A DNA stretch of 15,981 nucleotides from Candidatus Zixiibacteriota bacterium (GTDB lineage Bacteria > Zixibacteria > MSB-5A5 > CAIYYT01), in NCBI GenBank assembly GCA_040235515.1, contig JBECKX010000067.1:1-15981 (forward strand), read 5' to 3'. Numbering within the stretch: position 1 is the stretch's first letter; each line of letters starts with the position of its first letter. Positions 7,973 through 15,873 of this stretch are shown in pieces. Both the position numbers and the translations under genes were made by a program. The notes under the pieces are model-generated. The model saw nothing but the letters and a program-made list of their open reading frames with translations. It was not told the origin of the DNA and searched no databases.

Positions 7973-9094
7973 ATGAAGAAAGAAACCAACCAATTCAGGT
8001 TCTTCCCACAATCAGTGGTCTGGGAGATCACCTTCGCCTGTAACATGCGTTGCATCCATTGCGGAACCGCTGCGGGCAAGAAACGCCCCGACGAACTCAC
8101 GACCATCGAAGCGCTCAATCTCGTCGACGAACTCGCCGACCTCGGCTGTGAAGTCGTCGCCATCTCGGGCGGCGAGCCGCTCATGCGCAGCGACTGGCAC
8201 CAAATCGCCAAACGCTTCGTCGATCGTGGCGTCAAAACCTGCTTGATCACCAATGGTCTCGCTGTCACCGAGGAGATCGTCGATCAGTTCATCCAGCTGG
8301 GGCTGACCCGCATCGGCGTCAGTTTCGATGGCACGAAGAATACTCATAACTACATCCGCCAGCGTGATGACAGCTACGACCAGGTTATCAACGCGATGAA
8401 ACTGATGGCCGCCAAAGGCATGCCCTTTGCCGCCGAGAGCCAGATTTCAAACATCAACGTCTACGAACTCGATCAGATGCGCGAGATCCTGATCGAAGCC
8501 GGCTGCCCTCTCTGGCGTATCCAGATGACCACCAGCACCGGCCGCATGGCAGCCAACAAAGAATTGGTGCTCTCGAAGGAAAACTACAATCTGCTCGTCG
8601 ACAAGATGCTGGCATACCAGAAACGCAATCATGAAATCATGATCGATGTCGGCGAAAACATCGGCTTCTACGGCTGCAAGGGTACCGAATTGTGGCAAAA
8701 TACACCCTACTTCGGCTGCTTTGCCGGTACCCGTGTAGCCGGTATCGAATCGAACGGCACCATCAAAGGTTGTCTCTCGATGCCGGAAGATTTCGTGGAG
8801 GGCAACATCCGCGACTCCTCCTTCACCGAGATCTGGAATGACCCGACCAAGTTTGCCTACAACCGCGCCTTCACTCGTGACAGCGCGGAGGGCTTCTGTC
8901 ACGACTGTAAATATCTGCCGCTGTGCCGTGGTGGATGTGCCACCACCTCATACTCAGCGTCTGACTGTCGCGCCAATAACCCCTACTGCACCTATCGCAT
9001 CGAGCAGGAACAGGGAATAGCGGCGCCGGCAGACTCCGAAGTCGTGGCTCAACTGTTGCGGCGTTTCGAGCCGATTGCAACTGTCGAAGTCTAA
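7973..9094 (+). CDS. Radical SAM/SPASM enzyme, splicease (PlpX/PcpX)-like, putative tyramine-excising maturase
   Basis: 373 aa. Motifs VVWEITFACNMRCIHCGTAAG...ELTT.EAL, SGGEPLMRSDW, WRIQMT...G, GENIGFYG, GCFAG...GIESNGTIKGCLSM, GNIRD, GFCHDCKYLPLCRGGC and NNPYC. The rSAM/SPASM call is certain. The splicease subfamily call rests on remembered motif similarity, not on an alignment. Confidence 0.85.
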   Translation: MKKETNQFRFFPQSVVWEITFACNMRCIHCGTAAGKKRPDELTTIEALNLVDELADLGCEVVAISGGEPLMRSDWHQIAKRFVDRGVKTCLITNGLAVTEEIVDQFIQLGLTRIGVSFDGTKNTHNYIRQRDDSYDQVINAMKLMAAKGMPFAAESQISNINVYELDQMREILIEAGCPLWRIQMTTSTGRMAANKELVLSKENYNLLVDKMLAYQKRNHEIMIDVGENIGFYGCKGTELWQNTPYFGCFAGTRVAGIESNGTIKGCLSMPEDFVEGNIRDSSFTEIWNDPTKFAYNRAFTRDSAEGFCHDCKYLPLCRGGCATTSYSASDCRANNPYCTYRIEQEQGIAAPADSEVVAQLLRRFEPIATVEV

Positions 9095-9163
9095 ACCCGG
9101 CTTTCCGTCACGAAATACCGCCCGCTTCATTGAAGTGCGAACGAGAATCAGCGGAGGTAAGCT

Positions 9164-10600
9164 ATGCCGCAGAACAGCCCGCGTATCCTGATCCTCTATC
9201 CATCCTGTTTCTACTATCCTGCCTGGATGGAACGAGTCGAAGTCAAGACGCCACTGCTGCTCATGGCTTCATACCTGCAGCAATTCTACCCGGTCGAGTA
9301 CGCCGATTTCGAAATCACTATCGGTCGACCCAACACACCGATCCAGATTCGCCGCTTCGAGCGTAAAGTCCGTGAGTTCCTCGCGCAGGCAGATTTTGAT
9401 ATCCTTGCCGTCTCCTGCTGGACCAGCCTCTCTTACAAAGCGACAATCAAGGTGGCTCAAATCTGTCGCGAACTCTGCCCCGACAAGCTGATCGTGGTAG
9501 GGGGGTATCATCCCTCCGCACGGCCTCACGAGTTCCAGTCGGAGGACCAGCTCTTTGACTACATCATCTGTGGCGAGGGCGAACTCGCCCTGCGTGAGTG
9601 TGCCCGACAATTCGTTGCTTCCGGTCGACCCTCCGCCACCACCTTCGTCAACGCGCCGATCCTGCCGCAGGAGGCCTTCGTCCCCCACGATTGGGATCTG
9701 ATCTCCAGCTTCGTGAAACTCAATTTCCCCCAGGGACTCGACAACGTCTACCTCTTCCTCTCGCGTGGCTGTCCGTTCGACTGCGCCTTCTGCATGGAAC
9801 CGTTGAAGGAGCGAAAGTGGCGCGCCTACTCCCCGGAACTGGCGGTGCAGGAAATCGACTCCGCGGCGGGCCGGTTTCAACCGCATTCGATCTCGCTCTG
9901 CGATGCCTGCTTCGGCATGCGCCCCGCCTGGCGTAAAGACTTCCTCAAGCGGCTGGTCGATCTGAGTCCCCCGTACTGGGTCACTCTCGAAACCCGGCCG
10001 GAATATCTTGACGAGGAGGATGTCAAGTTGCTTTCCCGGTTGAAAGTTGAGATCCAGCTTGGAATCGAAAGCTGCTCACCCGATATGCTGCGGATCATGC
10101 GCAAGAGCAAACAGCCGGAGCACTTCCTGCGCGAGTTCAAACGAGCCAGCGAACTGATGTCGGACCATGGCGTACTTCATCGCGCCAATCTGATCTTCAA
10201 CCATCCCGGCGAAACCCGTAAAACCCTCAACGAGACTTTCCAGTTCATCGATGAAATGACCGCCCGCAGCGATTCTGCCCTGATGTGGGCCGCTCACGGC
10301 TTCATGCATTTTCCCGGTTGCGATTGCGACCGCAATCATGCACACTATGAGAGCAGCTTTGGCGCCCACCAGCCCTGTGGCGATTGGTGGCACGAGGAGC
10401 GCGATCAGTATGAAAACAGCCTGCGCACGGTTCCCTCGTCTGAGTTGGCCGGAGACGGGATCGAACTTTGGCGCACGCTGCTGCGCGAGCGCGACGACTC
10501 CATGAAGCACTCCCTCTCCGACAAAGCTGTGAAGTTTGCGTCGGCGAAATATTTTCCGCACTGGAAAGATAATGAACCCACCCACTCCATCGGTCGGTAA
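9164..10600 (+). CDS. Cobalamin (B12)-binding radical SAM protein, putative class B methyltransferase
   Basis: 478 aa, GGAGG upstream. N-terminal B12-binding Rossmann motifs PLLLMASYL, DILAVSCWT, IVVGGYHPS and DYIICGEGE, followed by SRGCPFDCAFC, LGIESCS..ML..MRK and IFNHPGET. Confidence 0.9.
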   Translation: MPQNSPRILILYPSCFYYPAWMERVEVKTPLLLMASYLQQFYPVEYADFEITIGRPNTPIQIRRFERKVREFLAQADFDILAVSCWTSLSYKATIKVAQICRELCPDKLIVVGGYHPSARPHEFQSEDQLFDYIICGEGELALRECARQFVASGRPSATTFVNAPILPQEAFVPHDWDLISSFVKLNFPQGLDNVYLFLSRGCPFDCAFCMEPLKERKWRAYSPELAVQEIDSAAGRFQPHSISLCDACFGMRPAWRKDFLKRLVDLSPPYWVTLETRPEYLDEEDVKLLSRLKVEIQLGIESCSPDMLRIMRKSKQPEHFLREFKRASELMSDHGVLHRANLIFNHPGETRKTLNETFQFIDEMTARSDSALMWAAHGFMHFPGCDCDRNHAHYESSFGAHQPCGDWWHEERDQYENSLRTVPSSELAGDGIELWRTLLRERDDSMKHSLSDKAVKFASAKYFPHWKDNEPTHSIGR

Positions 10601-12344
10601 CTGGCCCAAGTATCAGCGACTCTGGCGGTACCTGCGCCCATTCTGGAAACTCGAACTCCTCTCCTTCCTGATCCTCGCAGTCCTGGCTCTGCTGCAACTG
10701 GCGCTTCCCGTCGCCCTGCGCTATATGGTCGATGACCTGATTCCCGGGCTCGATCTCTCCGGTGACCTCTGGCTCTACCTCACACCGATCCTCTTCTTCG
10801 GCGGGGTCCTGGTTGGCGCATATATCCTGCACCTGGCACTCGCAGTCGCGCGCGACTACCTCGCGGCCTACATCGGCGGAGGCATCATCGTCGACATCCG
10901 CGCACAACTCTTCGATCATCTTCAGAAACTGTCCCTGAGATTCCATCAGCAAAAGCAGGTGGGGGAGATCATGTCGCGCATGATGTCAGATGTGTCGCGG
11001 CTTCAGGAACTGCTCACCTCGGTCCTGCTCTCTTTCCTGACTAATTGCTTCTTCCTCCTGGCGATCCTGGTCTACCTCCTGATCACCAACTGGTATCTGA
11101 CTCTGATTACTCTCGCGCTCGTGCCGGTCACTATCTGGCTGACCTATATCTATGGCAAGAAGATGAATGTCGTTGCCGAAGCGCTGCAGCGAACAATCGC
11201 GCGCCTCTCCGCCAAGCTGCAGGAGACGCTCGTGGGGCTGAAAGTCATCAAATCGTTCGGGCAGGAGCGCAATGAGTTGCAGAAAACCCATAGCGTCCTC
11301 AGCTCACTCTGGCGCACATATATCAATTACTCAGTGACGTCATCACTCTCCGGCAACCTCGTTTACGTCGTCAGCATGGTCGGACCCATCACGGTACTCT
11401 GCATCGGTATCTATCTCGTCGCCAGCGGCTCGATGACCCTCGGTGCCCTGATTGCCTTCTTCTGGCTGGCCTTCTATCTGTTCATGCCGATCCAGGCCCT
11501 CTCAAAAGCCCGCGTGCAGATTCAGGCCTCCATGGCTTCCGTGGACCGCGTGTTCGAATACCTCGACGAACCGGTCGCCGTCTCCGAACCAGAGCATCCA
11601 GTGACGCCGGCGACGATCGCAGGCTCCCTACAGTTTAACGCGGTCTCCTTCGCCTACGAATCTCAGATTCCGGCTGTCCGTGAGATCAACATTACTATCA
11701 ACGCCGGCGAAAAGGTCGCCATTGTGGGGCACTCCGGTAGCGGCAAGAGTACGATCATCAACTTAATCCTCCGCCTCTATGACCCCGATCAGGGCGAGGT
11801 CACCCTCGATGGCGTTGACCTCCGCAAGCTCTCGATCGCGACGCTGCGTGACAACATCTCCGTAGTCGACCAGGACCCGCTGCTGTTTCATGCTTCGGTT
11901 GGCGAGAATATCGCCTATGGAAAACCGGATGCATTGCGTGACGAGATCGAAGCCGCTGCGCGTGTCGCCAACATCCACGACTTTATCGCTGCACTGCCGA
12001 ACGGCTACGACACGATCGTTGGCGAACGTGGTGTGACGCTCTCCGGTGGGGAGAAACAGCGGATCTGTCTGGCGCGGGCCGTGATCAAAGACCCGCGTGT
12101 GCTGCTGCTCGATGAGGCCACCTCCGCGCTCGACACCATCTCCGAGCGGCTGATCCAGCAGTCACTCGATAAAATCCTGCAGGGCAAGACCGCAGTAATC
12201 GTGGCGCACCGACTCTCAACCGTCAAAAAAGCTGACCGCATCATCACAATGGAGCGGGGTCGCATTATCGATCAGGGGAGTCACACCGACTTGCTCGCCC
12301 GCTCACAACTCTACCGCGACCTGGCAGAACACCAGTTGGCCTGA
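10572..12344 (+). CDS. ABC exporter, fused permease/ATPase (MsbA/ABCB-like), no C39 peptidase domain
   Basis: Probable ATG at 10572 overlaps the upstream gene end by 29 nt. Six-TM domain, Walker A GHSGSGKS, signature LSGGEKQR, Walker B LLLDEATSALD and H-loop AHRLST. Confidence 0.93.
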   Translation: MNPPTPSVGNWPKYQRLWRYLRPFWKLELLSFLILAVLALLQLALPVALRYMVDDLIPGLDLSGDLWLYLTPILFFGGVLVGAYILHLALAVARDYLAAYIGGGIIVDIRAQLFDHLQKLSLRFHQQKQVGEIMSRMMSDVSRLQELLTSVLLSFLTNCFFLLAILVYLLITNWYLTLITLALVPVTIWLTYIYGKKMNVVAEALQRTIARLSAKLQETLVGLKVIKSFGQERNELQKTHSVLSSLWRTYINYSVTSSLSGNLVYVVSMVGPITVLCIGIYLVASGSMTLGALIAFFWLAFYLFMPIQALSKARVQIQASMASVDRVFEYLDEPVAVSEPEHPVTPATIAGSLQFNAVSFAYESQIPAVREINITINAGEKVAIVGHSGSGKSTIINLILRLYDPDQGEVTLDGVDLRKLSIATLRDNISVVDQDPLLFHASVGENIAYGKPDALRDEIEAAARVANIHDFIAALPNGYDTIVGERGVTLSGGEKQRICLARAVIKDPRVLLLDEATSALDTISERLIQQSLDKILQGKTAVIVAHRLSTVKKADRIITMERGRIIDQGSHTDLLARSQLYRDLAEHQLA

Positions 12345-12383
12345 CGCTTCGTCATTCCGGGCAGGAGGAATTCCTCCGAACAC

Positions 12384-12570
12384 GCCGATACACACCCCGT
12401 CTTCGTTTCTCGCAAGGCTCGAATCGAATCCACCCCTCTCAAGAGGGGAGTTCGAAAGGATAGATGCAGTTGTAGGGTCACAGGCGAACACTTTGCTACT
12501 GGTCTTGTCATTCTTGGTTCGACCCAGATCCATGCCTTTTCCGTGTGGGGTGTACGTCCTCGTGCACCGC
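12384..12570 (+). repeat. 187-nt palindrome-containing repeat, copy 1
   Basis: Ungapped match to 15645-15831, roughly 85% identical by hand count. Contains CCCCTCTCAAGAGGGG and ends in the GGTGTACGTCCTCGTGCACC hairpin module. Confidence 0.85.
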
Positions 12571-12764
12571 ATGATCTCACCATCGCCCTCTATGGGAAGG
12601 TGGGCCAAACGGCACGCTACACCCATGCTCAGCCCTACATCCGCTCGCCCCTCTCGAGAGGGGCAGGCTGAGATCGCGAGAGCGATCACAAGCCGGAGTG
12701 TGTCTCTTCACACCCAGCATTTTCTCCTCAACTTCCCACCCCTAATCTCGTATCTTCCCCTACT

Positions 12765-13745
12765 ATGAAAATTCTTATAATCGGCGGAACACAGTTTGTC
12801 GGACGGCACCTCGTTGATGAGCTCCTCAAAGACAAACATGAAATCACCCTCTTCCACCGCGGAGAGACAAACAAGAACCTATTCCCACAGGTCGAAGAGA
12901 TCCTTGGTGATCGCGATGGCAACATCGACAAGCTCGCGGGCCGAACCTGGGATTGGTGCATCGATACCTGCGGCTATCACCCGCGCGTGGTCAGGCAATC
13001 AACTCAGCTTCTTCGGAACCAGGTAGCCAACTACCTCTTCATCTCAACCTGCTCGGCCTACTCTTACGACAATGAGGGGCCGGTGACTGAGGATGGTCTC
13101 CTCCACACGCCCATCGACGAATCGATAGAGCAGGTAGATCGCCACACTTACGGTCCCCTCAAGGTGATGTGTGAGGATGTTGTCGCTGAGGATTTCCCCG
13201 ATAATCACCTGATCATCAGACCCGGCATCATCATCGGCCCGCACGATCCTACTGATCGCCTCGTCTATTGGTTGCGACGCTTCTCGCGGGCGGACAAAGT
13301 TCTTTGTCCCGACACGAAGGATCAACCGGTGCAGTTAATCGATATGCGTGATATGGCCGTTTGGATTGCCTCACTTGTGAGCAGGGGAACGACAGGCATC
13401 TTCAACGCCGCCGGACCGGAAACTCCGGTTCCCTTCGGTGACCTGATTACGAGGTTGAGAGCAATTTTCGACAGCATGGCCGAACCGGTCTGGGCTGATC
13501 TCGAGTTCCTTAAGAACGCTGATCTCCCACCCGGCTCATTACCGTTCTGGCTCGCCGGCGCAAAGGAGAAGTACAGCCTGTTCCAAGCTGACTGTGCAAA
13601 GGCTCGCTCAACCGGCCTCAGATATCGCCCTCTGGAGGAATCGTTTAAGGACACCTACGAATGGGATAAGGGTAGGGTGGGTGTTGATCTTGTGTCAGGA
13701 CTCAGCCTGCAACGCGAACAGGAGCTGCTCGCACAGCTCCCGTAG
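12765..13745 (+). CDS. NAD-dependent epimerase/dehydratase family (atypical/extended SDR) oxidoreductase
   Basis: 326 aa. MKILIIGGTQFVG Rossmann motif, GDR, YLFIST..AY, YGPLK (YxxxK), IIRPG.I.GP.D and QLID.RD. Confidence 0.9.
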   Translation: MKILIIGGTQFVGRHLVDELLKDKHEITLFHRGETNKNLFPQVEEILGDRDGNIDKLAGRTWDWCIDTCGYHPRVVRQSTQLLRNQVANYLFISTCSAYSYDNEGPVTEDGLLHTPIDESIEQVDRHTYGPLKVMCEDVVAEDFPDNHLIIRPGIIIGPHDPTDRLVYWLRRFSRADKVLCPDTKDQPVQLIDMRDMAVWIASLVSRGTTGIFNAAGPETPVPFGDLITRLRAIFDSMAEPVWADLEFLKNADLPPGSLPFWLAGAKEKYSLFQADCAKARSTGLRYRPLEESFKDTYEWDKGRVGVDLVSGLSLQREQELLAQLP

Positions 13746-14475
13746 GTCATGCCTTCTTGGGGCATGACGCACGGATGCAATCTGCGTTTGCCTCTCGTCC
13801 GACTTGTGCGCGGTGTACGTCCTCGTGCACCGCTCTCATGGTGCCGCCATTCCGGGCTTGCCCCGGAATCCATCTTTGTCAGGCCGAGTCTATTCGGCCC
13901 AACCACCGCAACCGAAAGGGAGTAGGGAAGTAGGTCATGCCCTCTTGGGGCATGACGCACGGATGCAATCTGCGCTTGCCTCTCGTCCGACTTGTGTGCG
14001 GTGTACGTCCTCGTGCACCGCTCTCATGGTGCCGCCATTCCGGGCTTGCCCCGAAATCCATCTTTGTAGGACCGACTTGATTCGGCCACATCACGCGACC
14101 GTAAGGGAGTAGGGAAGTAGGTCATGCCCTCTTGGGGCATGACGCACGGATGCAATCTGCGCTTGCCTCTCGTCCGACTTGTGCGCGGTGTACGTCCTCG
14201 TGCACCGCTCTCATGGTGCCGCCATTCCGGGCTTGACCCGGAATCCACCAATGTCAGGCCGAGTCTATTCGGCCCAACCACCGCAACCGAAAGGGAGTAG
14301 GGAAGTAGGTCATGCCCTCTTGGGGCATGACGCACGGATGCAATCTGCGTTTGCCTCTCGTCCGACTTGTGCGCGGTGTACGTCCTCGTGCACCGCTCTC
14401 ATGGTGCCGCCATTCCGGGCTTGACCTGGAATCCATCATTGTCAGGCCGAATTCAACCGGCCATATCTTGCGACC
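13742..14475 (+). repeat. Tandem array of four ~188-nt REP/BIME-like mosaic units
   Basis: Units start at 13742, 13930, 14117 and 14305. Each has four hairpins: GTAG-GTCATGCC..GGCATGAC, GCGGTGTACG-TCCT-CGTGCACCGC, ATTCCGGG-CTTG-(C/A)CCCGGAAT and a GGCCGA..TCGGCC-type stem. Confidence 0.9.
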
Positions 14476-14544
14476 ATCGGGGTGTGTTCAGGGACTCTCC
14501 AGAAAGCGATTGACTAACAAAGAGGCAACACACTACTTCAGCCT

Positions 14545-15159
14545 ATGACAGATGACATCACCTTCCGCAAAGCAACCAGGCACCTGTCCCGCGACAAAAA
14601 AATGGCGGCGGTCATCAAACGAGTCGGTGTGTTCAATCCCCCCAAAAGCACCACCAGCATGTTTGATATGCTCATGCGCATCATCGTCGGACAACAACTT
14701 TCCGGTAAGGCCGCGCAGACGATCTTCAATCGCGTGCGTGCTCTTAACGGCAACAAGTCGATAACGCCGAAAAGTATGGCTGCGATTACCGATGACCAAC
14801 TTCGCGCTGCCGGCATCTCCCGCCCGAAATTGAAATCAATCCGCAGTGTTACTGAAGCCGTCACTTCCGGTCAGATCAGCGCCCGCAAATTGAATCGGAT
14901 GAGTGAAGAGGACGCCATGGAGGCCCTCACTGCTGTCAAAGGTCTCGGCCCCTGGAGTGTGCAGATGTATCTGATGTACCACGTGCAGCGGCTCGATGTC
15001 TTCGCGCCCGGCGATTTGGGCATCCAGAAGGCGTTCCGGCAGATTTATGGTTGCGAGGTTACCGATCCGCAGAGCAAGTCAATTACTGAAAAATGGCGCC
15101 CTTACCGCACCGTCGCTTGCTGGTACCTCTGGCGTTCCCTCTCCGCCGGCGGAATCTAA
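14545..15159 (+). CDS. alkA: DNA-3-methyladenine glycosylase 2 family protein (AlkA-like, HhH-GPD)
   Basis: 204 aa. Motifs IVGQQLSGKAA..I, LRAAGISRPK, HhH LTAVKGLGPWS, DVFAPGDLGI (catalytic Asp) and WRPYRTVACWYLW. Confidence 0.9.
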   Translation: MTDDITFRKATRHLSRDKKMAAVIKRVGVFNPPKSTTSMFDMLMRIIVGQQLSGKAAQTIFNRVRALNGNKSITPKSMAAITDDQLRAAGISRPKLKSIRSVTEAVTSGQISARKLNRMSEEDAMEALTAVKGLGPWSVQMYLMYHVQRLDVFAPGDLGIQKAFRQIYGCEVTDPQSKSITEKWRPYRTVACWYLWRSLSAGGI

Positions 15160-15205
15160 TCTCGTCGACCAAGCTCGTCTGTCCCACTCAGGGCGTAGCA
15201 GTCTC

Positions 15206-15228
15206 GTAGGGGCGAGTGGCACTCGCCC
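15206..15228 (+). repeat. GTAG-type REP palindrome
   Basis: GTAG followed by the hairpin GGGCGAGT-GGC-ACTCGCCC. Confidence 0.65.
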
Positions 15229-15247
15229 ACACGGTGAGGCGTAGGCC

Positions 15248-15550
15248 GCACCGTCATTCCGGGCTTGATCCGGAATCCACGCCTTTTCGGTGCGTGGTGT
15301 ACCTCCTCGTGCACCGCACTCACGGCACCGTCATTCCGGGCTAGACTCGGAATCCACGCCTTTTCCGTGCGCGGTGTACGTCCTCGTGCACCGCACTCAC
15401 CGCACCGTCATTCCGGGCCTGATCCGGAATCCACGCCTTTTCGGTGTGCGGTGTACGTCCTCGTGCACCGCACTCACCGCACCGTCATTCCGAGCTTGCC
15501 CCGGAATCTATTTTTGTACGGCCGAATTCATTCGGCCACATCCCGCGACC
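15248..15550 (+). repeat. Tandem array of 77-nt two-hairpin units (3 full copies plus 1 partial)
   Basis: GCACCGTCATTCC starts at 15248, 15325, 15402 and 15479. Each unit joins the GTCATTCCGGGCTTGATCCGGAATCC and GGTGTACGTCCTCGTGCACC modules that also occur in the 188-nt array. Confidence 0.88.
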
Positions 15551-15560
15551 ATACGGAAGC

Positions 15561-15587
15561 GTCATTCCCGCGCAGGCGGGAATCCAG
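15561..15587 (+). repeat. GTCATTCCCGCGCAGGCGGGAATCCAG palindromic element (REP/RPE/dRS3-like)
   Basis: ATTCCCGC-GCAG-GCGGGAAT hairpin. It fits the widespread ATTCCC-N8-GGGAAT class of small intergenic repeats. Confidence 0.75.
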
Positions 15588-15644
15588 GATCGCAGGAGGT
15601 CAGACATTCTTGTCTGACTTTATGTCGACGGCTTTTCCAACCTT

Positions 15645-15831
15645 GCCGATACACACTCCGTCTTCGCTTCTCGCAAGGCTCGAATCGAATTCACCTCTCT
15701 CGAGAGGGGACTTCGGAAGTCTCGGTGCACTTATAGGGTCCCAGGCGCACACCGCGCTACTGGTCTGTTCAATCCGGGTTCGACCCGGAAGCATGCCTTC
15801 TCCGTGTGCGGTGTACGTCCTCGTGCACCGC
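15645..15831 (+). repeat. 187-nt palindrome-containing repeat, copy 2
   Basis: Direct-repeat partner of 12384-12570, followed by another GTCATTCCGGGCTTGACCCGGAATCC module. Confidence 0.85.
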
Positions 15832-15873
15832 TCTCATTGTGCCGTCATTCCGGGCTTGACCCGGAATCCAAAT

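Noticed and set aside
7973..9094. PqqE, NirJ/AhbCD or MftC assignment for the second radical SAM
   Set aside because: No pqq, heme d1/ahb or mycofactocin genes are adjacent, and the motifs and LYG-containing peptides fit a splicease-like enzyme better. A phylogeny is still needed.
13742..14475. Possible CRISPR array
   Set aside because: Units are ~188 nt and nearly identical throughout, the variable parts are homologous to each other rather than unique spacers, and no cas genes are present.
13655..14548. Short ORFs on both strands inside the 188-nt array
   Set aside because: They are translations of the palindromic repeats, with no RBS and no protein-family motifs.
14545..15159. AlkA-like glycosylase (and mutY) as self-resistance genes for a DNA-damaging product of the cluster
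   Set aside because: Both are common housekeeping repair genes, are separated from the operon by other genes and repeats, and nothing in the predicted peptide suggests DNA alkylation.
15248..15550. Possible CRISPR array (77-nt period)
   Set aside because: The period is CRISPR-like, but the whole unit is repeated and there are no unique spacers.
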